Shown here: positions 1 through 11,900 of the stretch, in pieces | Position numbering within the stretch: the stretch's first letter is position 1 | How the letters are laid out: each line of letters opens with the position of its first letter | Source of the DNA: Oopsacas minuta | Lineage: Eukaryota; Animalia; Porifera | Direction: 5' to 3' | DNA: 50,614 nt | Assembly: GCA_024704765.1 (NCBI GenBank) | Contig: JAKMXF010000049.1 | Location: 40,387-91,000, forward strand | Notes under the pieces: model-generated | What the model was told of the DNA's origin: nothing | What the model saw: only the letters and a program-made list of their open reading frames with translations | Databases searched by the model: none | Program-made: the position numbers and the translations under genes

Positions 1-173
1 AATGCCACTGTCGGCTGCCATCACCCCACCATATGGAAGTTCCTCCTAGCCCTCAAGCGTGAGCAGGGCCTAGTGGAGGTGCGGCAGACTAACTACCTTG
101 CTGGGAAGCCGCCAACCAAGCGGAGGAGGTCCCAACAGAGTGAACAAGCGTTGAGGATCTAGTTGGAGAATAT
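1..173 (+). mobile_element. 3' fragment of a MULE transposase; exact inverted copy of 380-552
   Basis: Bases 1-173 are the exact reverse complement of 380-552 (position i pairs with 553-i) and encode NATVGCHHPTIWKFLLALKREQG...QALRI*. The fragment is cut by the window start. Confidence 0.9.
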
Positions 174-296
174 ATCCACCAGACCATACGAAGACGAAGT
201 TCCATACAAGTGTAGACACCATCTCAGCCTGAGAACGGATGTTAATCTTCCGTATTATCTATACCTCAAATAAATTTAATTTTGAGATAACACTTT

Positions 297-1736
297 AGAT
301 TAACATGTTAATCCGCTCCCAGACCGAAATGATGTGCTACACCTTGCAAGAACTCCATCTTAGTACGATTTGGTGAATAATATTCTCCAACTAGATCCTC
401 AACGCTTGTTCACTCTGTTGGGACCTCCTCCGCTTGGTTGGCGGCTTCCCAGCAAGGTAGTTAGTCTGCCGCACCTCCACTAGGCCCTGCTCACGCTTGA
501 GGGCTAGGAGGAACTTCCATATGGTGGGGTGATGGCAGCCGACAGTGGCATTGAAGCTGCGGTGCCATGCCTCTACGGCGTTGGTTGTACGGGGGAGTCC
601 GAAGGGCGTACTGAAGTGGTAGTTCCACAGACCAATGGGGAACGTCGCCGCTACATGGTGTCCAGTGGCTAGCGTGCGACCGATATACGTCCTCTCAAAG
701 TAGTCGACTAGCTCGCCTATCTCAGACGTAAGGGGGAGGTCCATTGACACTTGCTCAAACAGATCAGGTACGTCTGCTGGTCGGGCGAATGCAACGGCTG
801 GTATCTTCCGGATGCGCATGGCCAGCTCTTCGTCATGTGTGTAGTCAGACTGCAGCCCTACAGACTGCACATGGCACCAGATATTCTGTGTGAGGTGGAA
901 GAAGCAGCACTTCACTACTGTGTTAGGCCAGACATGCTCAAAGCTGTTAATTGCGCTCTTCTCAAAATCCAGGAGCATCTGTTCAGGCTGGGCGAGAGGA
1001 CAGAGTATGAGGATCTGCTCCCACATCCTACGGTAGGTATCCTCTGTCTTGTTGGGCAGCAGCACGAACAGACTCGGCAACAGATGACCAGTCTTCATAG
1101 GATCGTCTCCTCCTCGGAGTCCATGCACCACATACACCTGGGCGAAGAGGGGAGGCGCCGTCTTGAAGGTGCCATCAGCTAGCCAGATCTTGCTTTGCTG
1201 TAGCATCCCGAGGTTGCGTTGTGTCCCGAAGATGAGGAATCTATGTGCATCGTCTTCCCCAGAGTCATAGAGTAGGAACTGTTCCCCCTTGGCTGTCCGC
1301 TGGTATTCTGCAGGTAGAACCAACTCTGCTAGGGCGGTAGGCTGCACTGGAGCTGATAATACACTTGCACGCTGACGCTGTATCGTCCGCTTCAGGCTGT
1401 CCAGCTTAGGTAGTTTAGCAGCAGTACCCTCTGATGCTGTTAGCATACCCTCACCGATTATCTGGTGTGAGCTATCCTGTGTGTCTCGTGCTTTCCTCTT
1501 GATGCCGGCCTTTATCTCACAGCAGGCCGTAGCCTGCACATCAGGTGCATGCAGATGCTCATTCGTACGCTTCACTATCTCCATTCCCTTCGTATGAACC
1601 CTTGCTTTCTCTTTCCCTCTCTCTCCATGCCAATGTGTTAAATCTCCTCTCTCCTACCTCTCTCCGGATTTCACTAATTCCTAACGGTGCAGCTACCAAT
1701 TGAAGTGGACAGTGGTCGAGATGTGGTAGTTGCACC
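297..1736 (-). mobile_element. Mutator-like (MULE) DDE transposase, mildly degenerate; main ORF 391-1584
   Basis: MULE motifs WLADGTFK (D), LLDFE (D), CCFFH (CxxH) and RTTNAVEAWH (E) are present. Upstream in-frame HWHGERGKEKARVHTKG..NEHLH looks like a decayed FLYWCH finger. After the TAG at 391-393, a shifted frame reads VGEYYSPNRTKMEFLQGVAHIIS, resembling a MULE C-terminus, so a frameshift is implied. Visibly more GC-rich than the flanks. Confidence 0.9.
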
Positions 1737-2291
1737 CAAGTAGAACATAGTTTAGTTTTTAGTTTCTATTTGTTTTGTTTAGTTTCCTATTGTTATTAGA
1801 TAAATGTTTAATTAATCAATTATATTTCTTGTGAGTTACTTATTAATAATACAAGTAGTCATATTTAAACTGGGAAACTAGGATTTATAAAGAGCTTTGG
1901 TTCAGTAATCTCGACAAAAGCAATGAAATATGAACTTAAAACATTTCTAATTGGTCATCTCTACATTGGCTTAGTCAGGCCTGGTTTCCCCCTAATAGCG
2001 TGATCGTAAACCGCAAGCCAAACTCGCTCGTTTATATAAAATATTGCGAACATAAATAAAGCAAACATTACAAGACGCAGCTTAGTTGTATCGTATGTGG
2101 TGCCGGTGGGCGGTATACATATATAATCAATAAACAATGCTTTTAGTCAAAGGGGCAAAACCAACACAGGGCGTGCTGCACAGCACTTCGATAACCGTGC
2201 ACATCTAGATCTCATTGCGAGTATACATGCCAAATCTGGTCTTAACCCCTCCAAAGTCCAAAGGTGTCAACAAGGAAGTAATTTCAAGTGA

Positions 2292-2326
<35 letters not shown>
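2292..2326. repeat. (CA)n(TA)n microsatellite
   Basis: acacacacac...catatatatatatata, followed directly by a cagtggaac pogo/Tigger-like end. Confidence 0.9.
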
Positions 2327-2873
2327 CAGTGGAACATCTGAATTACGGTCACCCTTGGATTCAGGTAAATGGCCGTAATTTCGGGGTCATCAATATAATT
2401 TGGTACTAATAAATGGCTGGAAGTCGGAATTATGGGGTGTCTGTAATTCTGAAATAAATTAATGTTAATGTCTATTGGAAATTTGGAATTCAATCGGGAC
2501 AAATAAGCGGGCTCCGAAAAACAGGTTTTAGCACCCACTGAATCCGCCAGGACGCTAAAATTGTTTGAAACAAATGCAATAATATCTAGCCAACTGCTCT
2601 TGACGCTATACCAGTTTGTAATACCTACTACATAATATTATATACGTCATCCTCTAATAGTATACTATGTCTATTTTCGACCACAATCTAAATGAATCTA
2701 TATAAGCTACTTAGTTAACCTATTTAGCAAATTCTACACAGCAACTGGTAAACCAATTTTACTTAAGATAGAATTAACCAAACGAATTCAGACAAGAAAT
2801 TAGTTCAATTATTTAGCCATTTAAAACCTGTTAAATTATTAACAAACATGGACCAATCAAAAGTGGAGCGAAA

Positions 2874-2922
2874 TGTCGTGGAACGTTTTGTCGTGGAACA
2901 TTTTGTCGTGGAACGTTTTGTC
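2874..2922. repeat. 15-bp tandem repeat (tgtcgtggaacgttt), about 3 copies
   Basis: Directly visible head-to-tail copies with one substitution. Confidence 0.8.
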
Positions 2923-3306
2923 GGACTTCCTATATATATATGCACACACATATATATGTTACCGTCCAAATTGAGTAAGGTTATTCTTACACAAAAATTG
3001 AGATTAAATATTATGGTTTACTAAAAAACAATATTATATAATTTCAAAGATATGATATGAAATATCCAATTCTAAAATTGTATGTTGTATCTAGATTCAA
3101 ACTACAAATATATTCCTTCAATTGACTTAGCATTTGACAAATACTAATACTATTTGTATGGTTTAATACAATTAATATCTAAATATACATTCACAATATA
3201 CTATAAAAATTAATGATCATGACAGAGTAGGAGATAATGTTGTAAATGTACTTCCAGGAAGTAGAACTCTATTAGTTTTCAGTGAATTAATTGTCTAGGG
3301 TAATTA

Positions 3307-3460
3307 ACCAGTTGATTATAAGGATAGTTGACCAGTTGATTATAAGGATAGTTGACCAGTTGATTATAAGGATAGTTGACCAGTTGATTACAAGGTTAGT
3401 TGACCAGTTGATTATAAGGTTAGGTGACCAGTTGATTATAAGGTTAGGTGACCAGTTGAT
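3307..3460. repeat. 24-bp minisatellite (accagttgattataaggatagttg), about 6.4 copies
   Basis: Direct tandem copies with a few substitutions; the matching position in the right TIR arm has only one unit. Confidence 0.92.
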
Positions 3461-4673
3461 TTAGGTGGTTTTGACAAATCCCTGTTTACATTACTATCTG
3501 TTCTCGCATACGGTAGAGTGCCTGTGACACCTATAGTTGCATTTAACCTGCTTCCGTTAGCACTGGTAAGTCTTCCGACAGCTGCCTTACACTAGCATGA
3601 GACGAACTACATAACCCTGCCTCTATAGGGTTCAATCCAGGATTTGGGGGGGGAAGTTGTCATAACGGGAAACGCTATATATCCCTGACTATTCTTTCGT
3701 TTTATTTAGTTTATGCAGAGATTTTGTCCAATTACGATACTAAATACAAACAACAATAATTTCAATATGAATATTTTAGGAAAATCTGTCTTAATTAACA
3801 ATAAACAATATTTATGCTTCAACCTCACAATACTATTCTACAGCTCTTTTCCCTGTATAATGATCAACAAATTCTTCCAACATATCATTCGTTAGGTGAT
3901 TAAGGCCTTCAATGCATATGCCCATCGTATGTTCAAGCGCGCCATCTCCCTAAACCGAACTTCAACTATCGCCTAACTATGGTATGGAAAAGAGGAGATG
4001 GGGAGGGTCAAAAACGAACATAGAAGAGACTAGATCAGTGCACTCCATCCTATTTCGGATATGGTCAATCACGCTTTGTATTTATGGCCGATACACTGTC
4101 TGAAGAAGTTGAATTTTTTCCTCTTCCATGATCACAATGTGTTTTCCACCAAGCTGAGTATCATCTGTAAAAACTAAAGAATGGTTCTTGAACCAAGTGG
4201 CGCTGTCTACTTCTTTAATCTCTGTTCTTCTTTCAGTGGTACTATTGACCATGAAGTAGTATCTTAATTGCACAAAATATCTGCATAAGCTAGATAAAAC
4301 GAAAGAATAGTCAGGGATATATAGCGTTCCCCATTATGACAACTTACCACCCAAAAGTAAAATCCTGGATTGAACCCTGTAGAGGTAGGGGTTACGTAGT
4401 TCGTCTCATGCTAGTGTAAGAGAGCTGTCGGAAGACTTGCCAGTACTAACGAAGGCAGATTAAATGCAACCCGAGGTGTCACAGGCACCGTATGCGAGAA
4501 CAGATAGTAATGTAAGATAGGGTTTTTTCAAAACCACCTCAATCAACTAGTCAATTATCCTGGACAATTAATTCACTGAAAACTAATAGAGTTTCAACTT
4601 TCTAGAAGTACATTTACAACATTATCTCCTATCTGTCATGATCATTAATTTTTTATAGTATATTGTGAATGTA

Positions 4674-4998
4674 CAGGGTGTCTAATAAGTTCTGTTATAC
4701 ATTTTCGCGCCTTAGACAGTAGCTATTAATATACTTATGAAGTAATCTTCTAGAATTTCTTGTAGCATTTTTGGCGCTCTTTCAAATTATACCAAGTATA
4801 TATCATTCAAGTTGATGATTTCCCAGAAAATCATGTTAGAAGAAATTCGTTCAAAAATTGTCACTTTTCACGAATGATATTTGTAATTTGTAATTAGGAA
4901 CATAAGTCCTAAGAAAATAGAAAGTTTCATGGCTTTACAATGGATAAATTTGAAATTATTGGGGAATTGATATATAACAAAACTTATTAGACACCCTG
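4674..4998. mobile_element. Tc1/mariner-type MITE (325 bp)
   Basis: TIRs cagggtgtctaataagtt / aacttattagacaccctg, with TA duplicated at 4672-4673 and 4999-5000. It interrupts the right arm of the foldback and is absent from the left arm. Confidence 0.9.
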
Positions 4999-5111
4999 TA
5001 TATTTAGATATTAATTGTATTAAACCATACAAATAGTATTTGTAGTATGAATCTAGATACAATATACAATTTTAGAATTGGATATTTCATGTTTATTAGC
5101 AGACCATAAAT

Positions 5112-5396
5112 CAGGGGTGGACAAACTACCCGCTTGTGATTTTGAACCGGCCCACCTGGCCTAAGTTATTTGAGTGCTTTAATTATTTGATCACTGTCTT
5201 ACTCTTCCTTACGCATTCGGAAATTTCCCCCATGGAAAATTTTATTAATACAGTTAATTATTGTTTATTTTACAATTAGCTAATAGAATTTCTCTAATAA
5301 ATTAGAACATGGAACGTAGTCGTAGGTCAATACGGCCCGCATAAAAATTTGGAATTAGAATGCGACCCACACAGAAAAAAGTTTGACCACCCCCTG
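5112..5396. mobile_element. hAT-type MITE (285 bp)
   Basis: TIRs caggggtggacaaact / agtttgaccaccccctg, with a perfect 8-bp TSD ccataaat (5104-5111, 5397-5404). Absent from the left arm of the host foldback. Confidence 0.9.
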
Positions 5397-5508
5397 CCAT
5401 AAATCATATCTTTGAAATTATAAAATATTGTTTATTTAGTAAACCATAATATTTAATCTCAAATTTTGTTTCAGAATAACCTTACTCAATTTGGACGGTA
5501 ACATATAT

Positions 5509-5839
5509 CAGTATAAGAACATCCGGTTATAAGAAGCACAACTTGAATTTTGCCGGATATAAGAACATCATAATAGAAAACGGTTACTATATACCCTATA
5601 TAAATTCTGCTGGTTATAAGAACACTCTTATTGTAGAACTAGAATTGGTTCTCATTACCAGTATGTTTGTAGAATTCGGGATTAATTATATAGTAGATGT
5701 GATAATACTTTTCTTTAATATGGTTTCTACATCCAAATGTGATTAAATGAAGTGTTCTCATAACCGGCATCTACTATATACTACATAGCGGTTGTCCAGT
5801 TCCCGACGATTTTCTCATAACCGACATTCACTGTACTGT
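5509..5839. mobile_element. pogo/Tigger-like MITE relic; family members also near 16700-16775, 23783-23865 and 26670-26690
   Basis: Repeated ccggttataagaac motif. The right end reads tacagtacagtgaatgtcggttatgagaaaatcgtcgggaa on the - strand, matching tacagtgcagtagatgccggttctaagaacatcgtcgggaa at about 23785. Confidence 0.6.
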
Positions 5840-5962
5840 AACTTTAAACTGGCAGAGAAACAAACTATTTATCATACTAGAGATGAGAATGCTAATCGAA
5901 CTAACTTTTTCTGAGTAGTTGATTCTTGTCCAATTTATCGATTGATCTATCACTATTTGTAG

Positions 5963-8900
5963 TTACCAACATTTGTACCTGATTACTTCATTATTTATGG
6001 CGAAGATTATCTAACTATCACGAATAAAGTAGAACAATTATATCTTGTCGAAAAGAAAGATGCTCTTGCCCTTTTCTTCAATACAGAACCAGTAAGTAAT
6101 TGTAATAGTTCCTAGTCAGGGTTACAAGGGAATATCTTCAAATATCTTAAAGTCTGGGAACAGATTCCTTAGCAAGAAATTTCTTCACCAGTGTGTTTAT
6201 AAGGGTGTCTACTAAATCTCAAAAAATTTGAATGCAACTCCCGTAGGGGAACCTAACCAAATTCTATAAACTGGAAATTGTCACCTGTGTCTCTCTCGAA
6301 ATTATTCATAAGGGATAATTAACAGGCTATTAAGACTGAAGATTTTCTGATCACTTTTCAGTGATTACAAATATCACAATAAACCTTAGCATAGCCTACT
6401 TTATGAAATTAGGTTCGATTTAAAGAGGAAAGGAGTTTATGCATTTTAACGTGTTCAAATATTCCTGGTGGTTGTGGATACCTATTTTCAGCAACTGTCA
6501 TCGGGTACCCTATGGGAGTTGAATTTAAACTTATTGAAACATGTTAGTGAACACTCTTCAGGCGCGGTACGTCCCTTCAAAAATGCTACGACGAGAAATT
6601 GACAGTACAGTACAAACCGGTTTTTAATGCAGCTCCTATAGGGAGATGCCGTGATGGTATAGACAATGTGCCACGTCCGTCAGTCCGTCTGCGTTGCCCT
6701 GAGACATCTGATGCATTGCTGCATCAACACGTGCCCCTGAAAAGAGCAAAAATACATAACCCTGAGCTGCACTTCCAGTTTGTCGGCTGGACATTTTTTT
6801 TACTATTTCTCTACACGGAAAAAACGAAATAATTACAATTGTACGGCGCTCTACGCACCAGCCATACCGGGTATGCTGCCCCTGCCCATATAAACACGTA
6901 GGTGAGGAAATTTCTTGCTAACGAATTTGTTCTCAGACTTTAGCTGTTTATTCACATTCCCTAACTATCCAAAGATATTTCATGTAAAGGTTTACCTATA
7001 CTATTGCTGCGTTTAAATAATCTTCTCATACTGGGGAACCAAAAACCTTTTCAAGTATTCTGAATCCTCATTGACCGGAATGTAGCCAGAGATATGGGAC
7101 AAATCTGACTACACCTCTGCTCATTGAGGACATTGACCAGATTAGATTATCATTTAAGAGTGTCTTAACTTTAAGATTGGAGCATCCTCCTCATATTCAC
7201 TGTAATACAATAGATGTCTTATATGCAAGCCAAGCACAGCAAAAATATATTTTGGGAGTAGCTGTGTGACTGTATACAATTCGTGTTATATTTCCTCCCT
7301 TTTATCCTTTCAAGCTTTAGGTCAGAAAAATGAACTGAACGTCTAAACCGTGTGTTATTTAACATATATACACGGACATTCTATGATATATAATATCGTT
7401 TTTGTTGCATTATTTCAATTATCTGCTTTAATATCAAATACATTTTCTTTAGGAAAAAGCATTGAAATCATTTGAATATGTATTATATTCAATATTTCAA
7501 GAAGTTATCAAATACTTCATGGTACTTCACGATGAAATGAGCATTGAGCAGGTAATGTTAGTTGACTAATTCATTAATGATAGTACTTACTTGTACAAGT
7601 ATAAAATCGTGAAAACTAATGCCTTTGTCGTCAAATTTGCCTATTTTCGGAATCATTTTGGTTTAGATTTGAAATACTCTTTTCTCGAGCTGCATTAGCT
7701 AACAAGCAAGCTTCGGATTGTGCACACTTTGTGCACAAACCGCGGCGCAATAAATTAAAAATAATAATAAGTTTATACATCTCGACCAGAGTTGGAATCG
7801 TGTTTACTTTTCAGATCCCGACCCGAGTTCGAATCTCAACACGAACTGACTGAACCAGGGACGTAGGGAGCAAAGGTTATTGGTGCGCCTTGCCACTCCA
7901 GCTCCTACGGACTTGTGACTCCGAACCCTACCCGAAGACATCTCCCTATAGGAGCTATACTATAAAATGTTCAGCTGACAGACTGGAGTCAGCTCGGATA
8001 TCTGGGTCATGTTTTCACCGAATGAATAATGATTAGTCGTTAGAAAAAATTGTCACTATCATTTAAATATGAGCCTAATGGAGTGAAAATGCGATTAATC
8101 ATATGATAAAATATGTAGAAGTAGTTGTTAAAATATCAAAATTTGAATCTGCATACTTGGTTACCCCTGACTAACAGTCGAAATGAAGTTTCTAACATCA
8201 AAATATATTTTATGTTAGAAAGATTTAACAAATGATTAATCATATGAGAAATCTGTCGATTTTTAACTTTCAGACTATGAAAATGTCAAATTCGGACTCT
8301 ACGCACCCAATTACCCCCGACAATATGTTGAAACCTAATCTCTAGCATGTCTTTGAATGTATATGTGTACCAATTGTCATGTGAATCCGACTGCTAGATT
8401 TTGCACGTCACACATCGTCCATGTCATAAGCGGATCTCCTTAAGGAACTGCGCTAAATCATTGGGTTTTAATCAAGGTTGCAACCGAATAATATATGGCG
8501 AATTGTTCAATATTCGGTTTCCAACCGAATATCAGTATTAAGTATTCGGTCAGGCTGCTTTTCATGAATACTGATATTCGGTTCTATCAGTTTCAACCTT
8601 GGTTAATTGTATATACAAGATGTAGCCAGGGACTTTTCTGGAAATAATTTGATAATTGCATCATTTCTGAGTTATTGGATTCAGTAATACTATGTCGGTA
8701 GGGAAATGATTTCATCTTGTTTCTAGAAATTCTGCACTCTGATTGATTTTGTTAACAATGATTTTGCTATGATAAATCAAGAGCTAAAGAACCTTACCAA
8801 TCAAATAGCGACGAACAACTTGGGAGATGGCATTCTGCCCAATCTCATTCTAAATGATCGTTGCAGAAACAATGAATTATTCCTAATCAGACTAATCTAC

Positions 8901-11900
8901 CATGTAGCTGTTATGCTATCTTATAAGAAATATCACCAGCTGTTCCTACCTATTGCTTTAATTTATGAAAAACCTGAGATATTAAATGATAAGTTATTTC
9001 CTACTATGATGGATGATCAGTTTCTATTTACAAAGAATGCTATGACTGAAGGTGGGAAATGGTATGAATGTCCTAATGGTCATCCCTACTTCATTGGAGA
9101 TGTAAGTTTAGAGTAAACTATTCGTGTAATAAAGAGATATATTAATCAATATTAATAAATCTCTAAATTTCCGGAATAGTTTTTACTCTAACGTCACTTT
9201 CAAATTTCAAATTTCGACCACTGTTCCTATACAATTGCCCTATCCATCAATTGTATTCTGGATTTATTCATATTTTGTATCTAGTGTGGGAGACCTTGGG
9301 TGGTTTCTAAATGTAGAGAGTGTGGCTCCCAAGTTGGTGGGAGTAGGCATAAATTAGATGGTAAGAATAAACTCCTCGATGTAGCTAGAAATGAAACTAA
9401 AACAGGATACTTCATTGGAAAAATGAACCATGCTACAACCGTTCTTGCAGGGGAAAGGTAATTTGTGTCTGAAATCAAATCAAGGAATTGATTATTATTA
9501 TTATCTATAGGTTACTTGGCCCTGCATCAGTTAAGATAATCCGTGTATTGATTGACATCTCTTTCATCTGGTCATCTTGTTCTAAATACCCAACAGTTAG
9601 TAGCCATGTGCTTCCTTCTCTTGTGACAAAAGGATTAGATGACCCCAGAGATCTTCCTAACTTCTTCTATTTGCATCTAGAGAGAGATATTATGGATCTG
9701 GTAAAGCTAACTGGCAAGAACTTTGGTGAAGTTGTATTTTACCTCCATCTGATAATCAAATCCCTGATGGAGACATCTGAACAAACATGTGAGTAGTAGT
9801 ATTCTATATCAGCTGATCCAGCGTTCTGAGTTCTAACAATATTTTTTAGAATTAAGGGTTTATGGTTCCCTCAGTATAGAGTAGGCCGAAATTATTAGCT
9901 TAATTAAAAGTCCCGGACTGTATTAATGATTGACGTTTTTGATGGAGTATACTTTATCCTAGTTAACGAGCTTTTGGCTCGTCGCTTCGTGATGAATTCG
10001 GTGCTTTGCGCCTCGAGATAACCATTAATATCCTAATTGATTCATATTACATATATAAGTATATTATATCACGAAATCAACAGTAAATTTACATATGAGA
10101 AACTTAAAATACGAAATTCGGATTTAGCGTACTCTTTTACCACTATTTAACCTTTGCAAGCAAGTCTCTATGTATATCTTGAGATTTGGCTCATCTTTTT
10201 ACTACAGTAAAACCAGTCTTTTATACCAAAAGAAAAGTCGTTAATGACAGGTGGTCCTTGATCACAGCTTTGGAATAGCTATTCGTTTAATATCTATATC
10301 AGTCTCAATCTTTTTGAACGTGGAACACAAAAATTCAAAATTCGGTAAATCTTTGATTTTATTGTGCAGTCGTGATTACGCAATAATTTAATGGTCACTT
10401 TGACCAAATGCTAACTCATTTGGTCAAAGTGACGACGTCAGGACATGTGACATATTATGGGGAACCTGTGATTCAAATTCCAAACTTCTATCAGGTATAT
10501 TGGCTGAGCTGTGGTTAATAATGTGATCATTCAAAACCAAAAAGGTGAGAATGACCTTGTCCGAGCCAGGTCCATAATCAGCCCTGGGTGTCTTCCAGCT
10601 TCTCCAATCAATTCTGAACATATATATATATATATATATATATACTAGCGCGCTTCGCTTGCTAAATCGCTGCGACAGCTTAGTGCTACAGGTTAGCTTA
10701 AGTATTCATTAAAGAGCTAAAAAGTGTTATTGGATAATTTTGTATAATACGTTATACATGATCAATTTTGACGTATTATAAGTCTAGGATAACCTGGAAA
10801 TATGAGATTTAACATTGTTAGACTTGTATAAGTCAATTATTATTAAATATTATATAATTTAGTCAACTTATGCTGAGAATTCTCATTAAAAATTATAGAA
10901 CTACTGTTATGATTTATTGCAGAATCAGACTAATAGAAATTACGTCACCAAAATTGTAGATTGAACGTATAACACGAATTATAGTAATACATCTTCATTG
11001 AAAGATGTATTAAAAAAATAATCTGCACTACGTGCCTCGAATTCACAGAATAGGTAATTTTAAGATTTTATTATCCATGATCCATCCAAATTACATTGAC
11101 AGTGTCACCACTTCTGTGGTGACACTGGAGATGCTATGTCACTTTTGTTTAGTAATCTCGGCACTTCGTGCCTAGAATTCCAAATTTCAAAATATACATA
11201 CAGGCTTGCTCTAAACGGCCACAAAGGGTTTATTCTTACAAAATAATTTAATAACATATATGCCATATACGTATATTTGTGAATGATATTGTTCTAAATA
11301 TATCTAGAGTATAGTACTCAAAGGGGCCGTCAATTAGGAGAAGAATGGATACTTCGAGGCGCAATGCGCCGAGTTCATCGCGAAGCGACGAGCCGAAGGC
11401 TCGTTTAATGTAAATCTAAAGTATGAAAAGGAGTCGGAGTCCGCTCCTATTCTGAGTAAGAAGCGGAGGTGAGAGCGCCGCTCCCTTTCAGGGCAAGAGC
11501 TCGGAGCAAGAGCGCTCCAAATAATGAGAAGCGCTTTATGATCTGTACATGTGTTTGTATGTCCAGAATTGATTGAAGAAACTGGTAGACCCCCAGGGCT
11601 GATTTTTGGCATATGAGGCATGAATATATAAATTGGGATTACAGGCAAACATATCTGGTTCTATACACTAGAAACTTTCCAAGATATTTATAGCTTCTCT
11701 TCTACAGGCGATATTAATACTGAATTAACACAGTACGAGTTGAGAGAGCAGTGGGAGAGAGAATTTGATAAGAAATTCATTCAACCTATACTCACCTCTC
11801 TAAACACAGATGTACAGAAACAGATGGAACAGGTGCTGAGTGAAAAGGGGATAGCTAACAATCCTTTACTCAGGTTAATACAGAGATTAGTATATTAGTT

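Larger units (their letters stand above)
2957..5503. mobile_element. Foldback-type DNA element with long TIRs (arms 2957-~3742 and ~4257-5503), Ginger-like
   Basis: Termini are TGTTACCGTCCAAATTGAG...CTCAATTTGGACGGTAACA, with tata on both sides (2953-2956, 5504-5507). The arms align in reverse complement over hundreds of bp. The spacer holds ORF 4082-4273(-), whose GGKHIVIMEEEKIQLLQTVY resembles the region before the Gypsy/Ginger integrase zinc-binding domain. The inverted repeat is certain; the superfamily is inferred. Confidence 0.7.

Noticed and set aside
751-1182. 143-aa + strand ORF, and other shadow ORFs such as 22115-22627, 24450-24974, 31142-32052, 34525-34977, 38534-38902 and 41474-45130
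   Set aside because: They are antisense or off-frame overlaps of well-supported genes or transposases and carry no recognisable motifs.
3307-3460. 24-bp repeats (and the 15-bp repeats at 2874-2922) as a CRISPR array
   Set aside because: They are head-to-tail with no unique spacers, there are no cas genes, and the context is eukaryotic.
7080-7270. Coding-looking stretch (TTPLLIEDIDQIRLSF...) as an extra RNF213 exon
   Set aside because: It ends in a stop with no suitable donor, and the exons at 5963, 7453 and 8727 already join in frame and collinearly with RNF213.
7780-7850. tRNA gene or SINE suggested by GTTCGAATC (B-box-like) at 7827-7835
   Set aside because: I could not build a convincing A box or cloverleaf by eye; tRNAscan-SE would settle it.
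10643-10665. Helitron 3' end (gcaagcgaagcgcgCTAG|t on the - strand; similar near 48685)
   Set aside because: The hairpin is imperfect and I found no matching 5' TC end or Rep/helicase remnant; too weak to call.
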